Assembly (NCBI GenBank): GCA_002269645.1
Contig: NIVC01000633.1
Span: forward strand, 330,394 to 394,393
Direction of reading: 5' to 3'
Source of the DNA: Macrostomum lignano
Lineage: Eukaryota
DNA length: 64,000 bases
The notes under the pieces were generated by a model that was not told where the DNA came from, made no database searches, and saw only the letters and a list, made by a program, of their open reading frames with translations. Of the stretch, positions 47,485 to 59,300 are shown one piece after another; positions within the stretch are counted from its first letter, which is position 1; each line of letters starts with the position of its first letter. The position numbers and the translations under genes were made by a program.

Positions 47485-50400
47485 TAGGGTGTCCAGTGAG
47501 CTATTTTTTCAATGTATGATTTTTGAAAAATATGAAAATGACCTAATTTCAAATGTCTGTAAATCGGTAAGTATGTAAGCTACAGCAATGAGTTTATACT
47601 TTTTAGAAAGTTAGGACTTATATCTACAACATAAAAAAAGAATCAAGCGATTTCATTTTATACAAAAAAGTTACAGCATGGCAAAGTTGTGCCATTTTTA
47701 CAGAAATTTAAAATTGAGGCAAAATCCAAAAAAGAAAGTGGGTTTTGTAGAATTGGTCCTACATAAAAACTGAACTGTTTTTCATGATTTTTTTCAACAC
47801 TGGAGCTTAGTAAACATGTATGAGTACCTTAGCCGTAGGAGCTATTTTTTGAAGAAAAAATTTTTTCATGTACAAGCATGTCATGTACATGAAAATTGGT
47901 GAATGTCAGTTTTTCAAGATCGGGTGTAAGCATGCCCCTGAAACTTTATGTAGTTGTTATGGCAACCAAATGAAGCAGTTTCAGCAAAAGTTCGACCTCC
48001 TAACTATAAACGCAAGTGCTGGGCAAAAATTTCACCAAATACATGTAAAATCTCATAGGAAAATGTAAAACTTCAAATATTGGATGGCCTGTTTGAAGCA
48101 CGAATGTTTCCTTTGCTCAAAATGTAGCCTAACGCACCCCAAATCAGGTCTAGAAAGGATTTCTATGTAGGCCAAAACGCAAAGGCACCATTGGCCATAG
48201 ACTGTAGAATGTTTCTTGGAAATACACTGCGGAGATAGGGAAAAAACAAAACTGGGCATTTCGCAGCTTCTAATGGGGACTATTTGACTCTGCTTTGACC
48301 CAAATTGAAATTGATGTATATGAGCTGTTGATCTAAACAACTTATATGATAGTAATGTTGCTTTTAGTTAAGGAATTGTAATTACCTATACTACATTATC
48401 CACTCTCACTTGATCATTTCAGTTTAGACTCAATATTCAAGAAGTTCAGTAACTCTATTGAGCTACTCGTCGTCTGACAGGACATGAAGGTCGCCCTTCA
48501 AATAGTCTTCGTACAAGTTATATTCAAAGGTTGTGCTGCCATGGTCATCAAACACAACCTTGAACTTATGCTCAAGGATGTCTGCATTGGTACCCGGAAC
48601 ACGGCGGACAACGACACCCTGCTCTCAGACCTCGCCGTCGGTGTAGCCAAACAAAACTTCCACACGTCGGCCTTCCAGCTGTGGGAGGTTGCTCAGCGAG
48701 GGGGGAATAGCAGCAGCCTGCTGCTCTGCAATGGCCTCGGCAGAGTCTGACTCCGAATCAGAAGTCGGCAGCGGCGCTCGCTTTTGCCTGCTCGAAGCTC
48801 TACCCTGGCCACGGCCACGCCCCTGACCACGTCCGTGACCCCGACCGCGTGCCCGACTGCCTGACGCGCTAGCACCACGCCCGCTGCCTGCTGCGCCACC
48901 TTGGTGCTGCTGGCCAGTCGTAGCTGCCACCTGACGGGCCTCCAGCTTCTTGGTGACAGCAGAGCGGACAAGCTCTGCCCGCTCATTACAGGGCCGGATG
49001 TTGGTGTTGCCTTGGGTGTCGACCGCGACGGCAACTGCTGCCTTTTCAGCCTCCAGATGGGCAATTACTTGTCGCAGGTTGGCAGTCAGGGCGGGCAGGC
49101 TGCGTCTTACACCGGCTTGCGACAGGTTGAGCAGGGCAGCCAGGTCCCTTGGCAGAGTAGGCTCTGCATGGAAGTAAGTTTGTAGGTGATAATGAATTCT
49201 CCAAATTACCTGATTCCTGAACGTTTGAAAGTCAACTTTCAGCAAAATTTTCGTGAAACTTTCTTTGCTAAAGACCAATTTTAAAATTTACTTCCTACTT
49301 AAAACCAACACTACGCTGTCTTACTCATGGCTTTCTGCAGACGCAGCTGCGCTGTCACAGCTTGCTCGTGACGTCCAGATGGGAGCTGCTGCAGCGCCTC
49401 CGTCATGTCGCTGACGGTAATCCAGACGCCGCCGAACTCGTGAACAGCGCGCATGTGGTCACGGAGGGAGCAGTCCTTGGCGACTCTCTTGCGGTGCACT
49501 GCCTCGATGCGCGCCTGCTGCAACTGCTGCCGTGCCTTGTCGATCGCCTGTTTCGTCGCCTTTGCCCATGCCTCAACTTTCCCGGAAATCTTCCGAGCCC
49601 GAGAAAGCATGGCCTCCTGCTCATCTCGAGTTTTTTGATGCAGCCACTGCTCCGTAGCGTTCTGCTGAAAGAGGACATACGCCTCTCGAGCCAATGGGCG
49701 CATGTGCGGCTTGCAAGTCACCGTGCTGTCCAGCACAGCAAAATTGCGCTCGGAGCGACGTTGTCTTTCGGCGCATCCGCTGTCAGACGGCGCTGCTCGT
49801 CGGACAAATTGCGCAGGGCACCGCCGGGCAAGTGGTCGCAGACCTCACGACGAAGCAGCACGAGCATGTATGCAGCGGTGACCTGCAGCGCCTGGCTCAG
49901 TAGATCGTTGTCCAGCTGCGACGCATCGGCCGTCAACGCACTCCAAACGTCGCCAGCGTCATCGGGCGCTAGCACTGCCCCAGCAAGGTCAGGAAATGGG
50001 CCGCTCTGGTCGCCCGAAAAGCGGAAGCCGTCTGCCGTGGCCAGCTCCTCCAGCCAGTCGCAGAGTTGCTCGTAGCGCTGGTTCATGTCCAGAATTCGGA
50101 CTGTTGACTGCCGGTTCAGCATGCGATTCAGTAGCGATTGCCATGGCATTGGTGACCTGCAATCTGGGTCGACCCCTTGATTGAGCAATAGGGGTGCCAG
50201 GCCCAGCGCTACTGGCTGCACCAGTCTTGGGTGTCGTTGAGTTGGACATAGAAATAAATTCTTATGAAATATTATGTAGTATTCAATTTAAATGCTAGCA
50301 GAAGCACTGGAGTGAGGGTTAGAAATGGAGCGATAAAATTGAGTATGAGTATATTGTTCTGACATAATTTACAATTACAATTTATATTATGACATAATAG

Positions 50401-51370
50401 CATCTGAAAGTGAAATAGTATATTTTGACATGATAAATGACATAAACTCACAGTAAAGCCAGATACTCATAATATTAGTCATATTTATATATTAAGGACA
50501 AGCCAGAAAATATGGAAACAGAAACTTATGAAGTTATGAAACATTTTTTATACCATATACATGTCATTACCCATTTATTTATAACAATACAGAGAGAGAA
50601 GCAGTGCAATGAATTTTTTATTCATTGCTTCTCTCTCTGTATCTGTAAAAATTCTTATAACTTTTTTATTATTCAACATATCTTTAAAAGTAATATGTCA
50701 TTTTACTCATAACATCCAGTTGTATTTGTTAAAAAAGTAAAAACCCTGACATTCTAACTTAAAACTGTCTACTAGACACTATCACCCAGTTTGCCTTCCT
50801 GAACCCTTATTTACAAATTTTCCTTAAAAAAATTCTCCTCACCTACAGCTATACTTAAACTGCACAATTTTTATGTTTCCTAAAAGAACTAAAAGAAATC
50901 TAAAGTTTGACACTAAGAAAGTCTGTCTAAGTATAGTACAAGTATTTTAAGGGGACTTTAAAGTAAAAAAGTATGACTCCGGCAGCATAAAAAAAACATT
51001 TTTTATTAACAGAACATCCTGCAGCAAAAAACTGCTAAGCAGGAGAACTTTTTTAGTTACAAATTATATTGCACAGTTAAATTACCTAAAAATTGACACC
51101 AAAGTCAAAGAAGTAGCTTAACTAACAAAAAAGTTATTTACACTTAATTAAAGAAAAGAGTAAAAATGACGTGGAATTGGCTTCACTTTCTAATGTATTA
51201 AGAATACGGAAAAAACGCATTCTTTTTAAAACAAAAATACTCATAACTTTTTTATTACTTGACCAAATTAAAAAAGTGAAGTGTCATTTTACTCATAACA
51301 TCCAGGTCTATAAGTTATATAAGTCAAAACCAAAAAATTTCAGAAAAAAAAATTCTCACTGGACACCCTA
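47485..51370 (-). mobile_element. hAT-like DNA transposon with 16-bp TIRs, 7-bp TSD and partial transposase
   Basis: TAGGGTGTCCAGTGAG (47485-47500) and its reverse complement CTCACTGGACACCCTA (51355-51370); CCTATAT at 47478-47484 and 51371-51377; internal transposase-like coding sequence. Confidence 0.88.
48463..50221 (-). pseudogene. Transposase C-terminal half with a Spin/Ssty-like Tudor domain; one frameshift, one intron, one premature stop
   Basis: DHLPGG...DNVA/SERNFAVLD (1-nt frameshift near 49755), GT-AG intron 49324-49164 restoring frame, TGA at 48627-48625, then frame continues to ...YNLYEDYLKGDLHVLSDDE-TAG (48463). Confidence 0.75.
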
Positions 51371-51434
51371 CCTATATCAGTATATGTTATATTTATATTT
51401 GCAATATATTTATATTTGCTAACTGTATACCAAA

Positions 51435-52097
51435 CCATAGTCAGGGAGATGGCGTTTTACTCAGAAAATTCTGGCGTACACAGGGAACTTTTGGGCCAAT
51501 TTCGGCATACACAATGTACCATGGTTTAGAGAAAGTACCCCATGGCGTACAATGGCATGCCACAATATGCAATTGTACATGGCACCATTGTGGGCATGGG
51601 GCCTTGTCCACCCACAATATCCTGAATCTTGATGCATTTAAAATTTATTTTTAAAAACTGAAAAAAAAGAAAAAATGTTTTTTCTAGTGCTAATTTTCTT
51701 TCGTTAAAGTCATTAAAATTTCAACACAAATTAAAACTTTGTTAAATTAACTTTTATAAAAATGTTCTAAAATTTCAATTTTGATTTTAATTTTCCAAAA
51801 TTTAGATTTTTAGAGCAAATTTTGATTTTAAAAATAAGTAATAAATTGAAAGTAGAAAAGTGAGTGTTCATTGTACTAGCCTAAGCTTTGTTTTTCTAAA
51901 TTTAAATTTTGATTTTGGAAAGTAGCAAATTTAGATTTTGATTTTGATTTCTAATCTTTCACGTGCACTGCTATTCCTACCCCTTCCCTTCCTGGTCTGT
52001 TGGCATATCAACAGGTTCCAATCTTGGCATATCCGGCATACCACTTTTTTTACTAACTTTTTATTCCGGCGTACTTATGCCATGATCTTGACTATGG
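51435..52097. mobile_element. Non-autonomous DNA transposon (hAT or P-type MITE, 663 bp)
   Basis: Imperfect TIRs CCATAGTCAGGGAGATGGC / GCCATGATCTTGACTATGG; perfect 8-bp flanking duplication ATACCAAA (51427-51434 and 52098-52105); repeated internal GGCRTAY motifs. Confidence 0.75.
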
Positions 52098-53857
52098 ATA
52101 CCAAATAGTAATCTGGATTTTTATATGACAAAAAATTATATTTGATTTTTTAGTTAAAAATTTTAAGCCTATAAAAAACAAAGCTTTAAAATTTAAAATA
52201 TTAGCTATGATCCATAGACTAGTCTAGAAAGTGGCCTTTATGCTGGAATTTTTCAACATATTTTTGCTTTTGTTGACAATCTTAGCAAAATCCTTGGCAT
52301 ATAGAATTTTATTCTAAGTTCAGTATAAAATATACACATTTGGCATACAAAAAATAGCCAAGTTCAAGGCTAATATATCTATGTTAATAATCAACCAGTG
52401 TCAAAAACTCTAAAAATAATAGGAAACTAAAATAGAAAATATTAATGCAATTATTAAAATTAAAATTAAAATGAAAATATTAGTTTTTAGCAAAAAAATA
52501 GCCATTTTAAAGTTTAGTAATTGTTTTGACTTAAAAAATGTATATTCTTAAAAAAATAGCATATAGACAATCAAGTCTTTGTGTAATTTTTTTAATTTTA
52601 TATTGGTGTAAAATTGAAAAACAACTTGAATTTTTATTCTGGCATATGCCTGCCATGATCTGGACTATAGGTTATGATCATTTTTTCTTTCATTTCTATT
52701 AAGTATTATTGAAAAAAATGAAAAGATTGTTGTGTTTTTTTAATTTATATATATATATTATAATAATAAAAAACTATATCATTTAAAAAATTTTTGGCCT
52801 TAGCATTAAACTTTAATAAATTAATATTGACATTATTAATTATTATTGGCATTGCTGCATCTAAAAAGTGCATGCCTATTTTCATAACTATGCCAATGTG
52901 ACAATAAATTACTTATATTACAATAATAAATTACTTTTTTGAACTATGTAATGGATCTTTTTTGGCAGATAATTTAGTTGAATTTCTGCTTTTTGGCAGT
53001 ACTATTTATATTACATTCAAAAATTGATATATGCAAAGATTTCTTTAAATACTTTATTATAAGCTTTAAAAACCTTGAAAGCTTTAAATTTATGCTTCAA
53101 AATGAACTTTTTTCTCTTTTTTTCTGCTTTACAAAAACTTCTATGTAATTTTAGAAAGTGTATACCAAATGTGCATAAATACTATTTTCTTAGGAGTGAT
53201 ATATGCCAATTGTGCATGTTGATTTTTGGCATGCAAAGCTAATGCATGCCCAAATTTTTAAGCAAATATTACAACCAAGATTTAGAATATGGTGCTACAT
53301 TTAAATCTAGCACTATGTTTACTCTTTTGGCAAAAATCTATTGTTTTGTATATAATTGTGGGTCAATGTTTTGTTCTACATACTAAAACTACCCTTTGTG
53401 CCAAGCAATTTTTCTTGATAAAGTTGTACAAATTGTGCAATTCATTTTTACTGCCAACCATATATTATATAATCACTATATTGGTAGTAAGATATAGCAT
53501 AAAAATTATAACAATACTATTTATAAAGTTTTTATAAAGTTATTATCCCTAGCAGCAACACTTGATTTAAAATGTTTAAGTCATTTAAATGAATTAAATA
53601 AATGTTTAAAGACAGTCTTAATAACAAGTGTATCCTTTGCAAGCATGTAGCAAGGTAGAAACCCTACAGCATCCCCAGAATAAGATGTTACAAAAATGTT
53701 TTAGGAAGACTCTGCTAGGTATCTATAATGGCTTGGTTCAGTTGCATAAATTTATTTGCAGATTTTCCTACTAAATTTTGCACTTTGTATCTTAGACATG
53801 TTTAATTGAGTTCATATTTAGAGACTAAGAAGGCTAGCAAAGTGTATGTACATACAT

Positions 53858-54013
53858 GCGCAACCTTGGGAATCATTTGGCCATTTCTATTGGCGACACA
53901 TACATATGAGTTGCTATTGGCTGAGAGCAATCACGTGACTACTTTTCCGTCCAATAGCAACTTACATGTGTGTGTTGCCAATAGAAATGGCTAGGTAAAT
54001 CCCTAGGTTGCAC
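53858..54013. repeat. Palindromic 156-bp element, copy 1 (MITE-like)
   Basis: Long inverted arms around a central TCACGTGAC; close copy at 55792-55947. Confidence 0.8.
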
Positions 54014-55791
54014 CAAAGTATATGTATATAGCAATAGCTGCTCTTTAGCTAAATCATAGCAGCAGCTCAATGTGGTAGGCATTGTTATCTTAAAAGGTGC
54101 AGTTTAAAATGTCTCCAAAGGCTATATTGGCAAAGGGTAGAAAATGAGTGCAGAAGATAGGCATAGGCATTAGTATTTACATTTGTGTCTAAGAAGACAC
54201 TTTCTATCCTTGAGTGCAATGAGATCCCAGCCCAGTTAAGAATAGAAGCTAATTGACTATCTTCAGATTGCATATGCTTCTACACTATCTCTTGCCATGG
54301 TTATTGCTATACAAGTATAACTATGAGCTTAGAAAAGGCAAAACTGGCTTTCATCAATGATGACAACATACCACTATTGCTGTCTCTAGTGAATGTGCTG
54401 CATAGCCCATTGCTCACATTAGGCAAAATGAGCTAGACTTAGTTGCAGTCATTTGTGCATCTTTTAGAAGTGTAATCTGGCTTTTTAAAGATACTGTCAG
54501 ATGGTCTAAGCACTCAGGATGTTTTCTTGCCTGCTTCTTTTGCCCTATATGAAATGGAGCAAAGTGACTAGAAGAGTTAGAAGTCCTTTGACAATTTGCT
54601 GCAATTGTCAATCTGCCTTAGCAGTTGTGCTACAAGAATGGCCACACTGGCCTTGACTCACATGAGCCACACTGTCTATCTTTTGACTTAATTAGCAATT
54701 TCTAGATGGTCTTATATGGGTTTGTCCAAATTGGTAAGCCACCTTTCAAATAGATATCCTATCTTCAATCTTGCCTATAGCCTACCATTGCTTAGTATCT
54801 ATCATCTGCCAAACTATTTTACATCTGAGAGTAAATGATGTGTGCATATAAAAACTGAGTTAAAGCTTTAACTTGCCTATCACCCCATCTTCATTTATTA
54901 CATAGTTCATATTGATGCTTAAATCAACTGATTATATATTGTATGCCCCTGTGATATAGAGAGTAAATTGCACAACTTGCAAATAAGATCTAAGAGAAAT
55001 TGCTTAACACAAAGGATAATGACTTTTAAATGTTGCTAAGTATAAGTTGTGGGACAGCACCTTTACCATATCCATTTTTCAGGGTACAATTTCAAAATTT
55101 AGAGTTATATAATGTACATGTACACTCTGCACACAAAAAACCCAGGGTCTCATTCTTAAGGGTTTGTTTTCCTAATCTCAAGGGTTATTCCTATGTTCTT
55201 ACTTACTACTTAAATGATTTACATAGAAGTAGACACTAGCCCTGAGTATCAATTTTGTCTTTGACTCTAAAAAGAATAGCTAGAGATAAAAACTCAAATG
55301 GTCAATAGAAGAAATAAGTATAAAAAGAAAAGTGAGTTTATTTAACTTGGCTTGCAGTTGGCTCCTATTTATACAAAAGTATAAAATATATTTAATGTTT
55401 ATACAATATAACAAAGTAGTACAATTTTAAAAAAATGCAAATTTCTAAGAAAACAAGAAAATAGAATCAAAGCCTAATATATATAATATATATAACGTAC
55501 CATATGCTTGTCTTTTAGGCTATGTTATAAGGCATATAGTGTTATTTTGTCTATTGTCTTTTTGACACAACTTAAAAATAGACATAATGACTTTGAAAAC
55601 AAAAAGCAAGCTGTGTGACTTACTTTTTGACAAAAGTGCAACTTATCTATGAAAAAAGTGGTAAAGAAACTGGTAGCAAAAAACAGCAAGCAATTTGCAA
55701 TATTCTATTATTATTATTACATTACTTATATCAAAGAAAAAATTCTAAACAGTCTAAAATGCATAAGATTATAGATATTTTTAACATACAT

Positions 55792-55947
55792 GCGCAACTT
55801 CGGGAATCACCCAGCCATTTCTATTGGCAACACACACATGTAAGTCGCTATTGGCTGAGAGCAGTCACGTGACTACTTTTCCGTCCAATAGCGACTTACA
55901 TGTGTGTGTTGCCAATAGAAACGGCCGAGTAAATCCCAAGGTTGCGC
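55792..55947. repeat. Palindromic 156-bp element, copy 2, about 400 bp upstream of the Domino/SRCAP ATG
   Basis: GCGCAAC...TTTCTATTGGCAACACACACATGTAAGTCGCTATTGG - GTCACGTGAC - CCAATAGCGACTTACATGTGTGTGTTGCCAATAGAAA...GTTGCGC. Confidence 0.82.
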
Positions 55948-56352
55948 CCAAGCATGATAGATAACGACTTAATAAGATAAAGATATACCAAGAGTAAATT
56001 TTCTATTGAAATTGAAAACAGAATTCGCTACTTTCCAAAATCTAATTTTAGAAAAAAATTGTCTAACCAAGGTTGGTTGTTTACTGTCAAAATTGACTGC
56101 TCAAGAAAAACCAGATGCATGCATATTACATATATAGCATAATGTATTAATCATGGCTTTATTACTTAAAATCCAATGGCAATGCTAGAGAATTTCGTAA
56201 AAAATCTTCTGTCGAGCAGCAGCAGTTCACTGGCGCAGCAATTGGCCAACAATCAGCGGTGGCGCTTGCTTATCTGACGGCGCCAACCGTCTCTCCCTCG
56301 TCTCTTTGAAAATTAATCCTCTAAGTCGTTTTTCGGGGCGCAGTTCGGTGCC

Positions 56353-59300
56353 ATGTCAGCGGCGCCACCTCCATCTAGCGGCAGTGGCGGCGCGAAGCCT
56401 AAGCGATCGTCAATTGGTGCCGCCGCCTCGCCAGCGCCTGTGGATGCCAAACGGGCTCGGCTGGCTGCGCCTGTTGCGCCCAGTTTAGTGGAGTTGCGCC
56501 GGGCCTACCACGACCACGTAGCCGAGCTCAGCTACCTTCAGGCTGGCAACAATCTATTAGACTATCTGCTGTGGCGTCAGTCCTGCCCGAAATCTCTCTT
56601 AGCCGCTTTGAAAGCCGAAGCGCTCGACGAAGACGATCGAAGATGGATTGGCGAGATGGAGAAGTCCGGGCGAGTGCGCGAATTGTTTCCTCGGTAAAAA
56701 TTTTTTGCTTCTTTATCGACATGCTATGAGGGGTCTCAATGAGTCTTTTTAGGTTTCGGGTTTTTAGAAATTTGAGGATAGATTTTTTGAACTGCATTTC
56801 CAACAGAAAGCATACCGAAACTGTAAAGAAACACGATGAGAAATTATGTATATAAGTATGCCATCAGCCAGTTTCACGGCAGCTCCTAAAACCCCGGTTC
56901 CATTTCACCAGGCCAGCCACGGTGCCGCAGGAATGCGAGCAGGCGGCGACAACAGGCAATCCTATTGTAAACTACCTGCAGCTGCCGAGGCGCAGCTCGC
57001 CGCCTTCTCAACAGCAGCGTCAGCTGAGGCGAACTTCGTCTCAGCAGTCCAGCCAGGCCTCTCCGCAGCCGTCTCTGGCGTCCCAGACTTCTTCATCTCC
57101 GACAAAACAGGAAAAAGAAGCAGAAATTGTTGACCAGGCGAAGCACGAGGCTCAGGTGATGCAGAAGGTGGCCGAGCTCAAAGCGGCCGGTCTTTGGTCC
57201 AGCAAGCGGCTGCCGAAATGCCTGGAGCCGCCCAGGCCCAAGTCGCACTGGGACTATTTGCTAGAAGAGATGCAATGGCTGGCCACGGATTTTATGCAAG
57301 AGAGAAAGTTTCGTCGCGTCTTTTCTCGCAAGGTAAGCATTAGGTTGAGATACTTTGATAAATATGAACTTCACTGCTTTCATTCTCGTGATTGACAAAT
57401 CATTCCCAGATGTGCCTGATGGTTCAGCGACATTTCCGCGAAAAAGAGGACAGAGAGCGGCGCCAGGAGAAGGAAGAATTTCATAATTTAAAGCGCATCG
57501 CCTCTCAGTGCGCCAGGATGGTGCGCGAGTGGTGGCTGGGAATTCAAAAGGTGAGGCAACTCTGCGGCTAAAATGGTATACTCATACTCAAGTGAACTCA
57601 TCGCGAGCTGCCGATTTATTGCGCGAACAGATTATTTCCTTAAAATCTGGACCGTTAAGCAGCTCGCTACATTAGCACTTATTCTTTTTCACTGACACAG
57701 AAATTCGCTCTACCCGATGCTTCTGTGTTATAAATTAGAATTACATTGCTTCTATCGGCGCAAACTGTTTTAATAATGCCTATTTTTAACGAGGGAGATT
57801 GGATTAATCGCTAATCTTGGCAACCCGCAGTTCGTGGAGTTCAAGCACAGCAACAGGCTAGAGGAGAAGCGACGAAAAGCTCTCGATCTGCATTTAAACT
57901 TTATCGTTGACCAGACTGAAAAGTACTCGGAGTGGCTTGTCGAAGGCCTCAACGCCGGCGGCGCCAGCAGCAGTGGAGGCGCCGGGTCCGTCGCCGGCAG
58001 AGATGACGAAGAATTCGTGCCGGCCGCATCGGATCTGGACGCCGACATGGATGACGAGGAGACCATAGCCAAGGCCGAGGCTGAGGACTTGGCCAATGCG
58101 CAGGATGGCGACGACGAAATTGCCGCCCTGCAGCGCGACATGGACCAGCCAATGGAAGAGCTTCTGCGCAGCCTGCCGCCTGAGATTCTTGAGAAGCCGG
58201 CCAGTCTTCCGGGCTCGGAGGCTGGCACTGATGATGATAAAGACAAAGGCGACACCGGCGACGAAGACAGCGAGTTTCGCATGGACTCCGACGACGCCGA
58301 GGCCGAGGATGTCGAAGATACAATCGCCGAAGAGGAGGCGGCTGTGGGCGGCAGCGGCGATGCCGGCGCCGAGGTCGACGAGCTGGCGGAGGAGGCCGAG
58401 CTGCCGCTTGAAGAGCTACTGAAACGCTATCGCGGCGCGTTCGAAGGAGGTCACAGCGAAGCCGACGAGGCGGCGTCTGTGGCAGAAAAAAGCGGCGGCG
58501 AAGACGGTACCGCCTCCGGCAAGTCTGGCGACGCCTCGGACAACACAGACAACGAAGGCGACGAAGCCTCTGCAGGCGCCAAATCGGCCATTGCTGAGCT
58601 GGCCGAGATGGATGCCACTTCCGATACCGGCGACGCCAATGGTGAGGACGTCGAGGCGCGAAGGCGATGTCGGGAGAAGCTGGATGAAGGCTATCGGGAG
58701 CTGGCGGCTGAGGCGCTGTCCGCGCTGCCGAAGGGATTCACACTGAACTCCACTAAGATTAGCGTGCCTATTCCGCACCTGCTGCGCGGTGGCAGCCTTC
58801 GCGAGTACCAGATTGTTGGCCTCGATTGGCTGGCCACACTCTACGATAAGCGGCTTAATGGCATTCTTGCTGACGAAATGGGTCTTGGCAAAACCATCCA
58901 GACCATCGCCCTGCTGGCGCATCTGGCCTGCGATCGCGGTGTCTGGGGGCCGCATCTCATTGTTGTGCCAACGAGCGTCATGCTCAACTGGGAGATGGAG
59001 TTCAAGAAGTGGTGCCCCGGCTTCAAAATTCTTACCTACTTCGGCTCTCTAAAAGAGCGCAAGGAGAAGCGCAAAGGCTGGACAAAGACGAACGCATTCC
59101 ACGTGTGCATCACCTCTTACAAGTTGGCCATTCAGGATTCCCGCTGCTTCAAGCTCAAGAAATGGAAGTACCTGATTCTTGACGAGGCGCAGAACATCAA
59201 GAACTTTAAGTCGCAGCGCTGGCAGACGCTTCTCACATTCAACAGTCAGAGGCGCCTTCTATTAACTGGAACGCCGTTGCAGAACTCCCTCATGGAGCTG

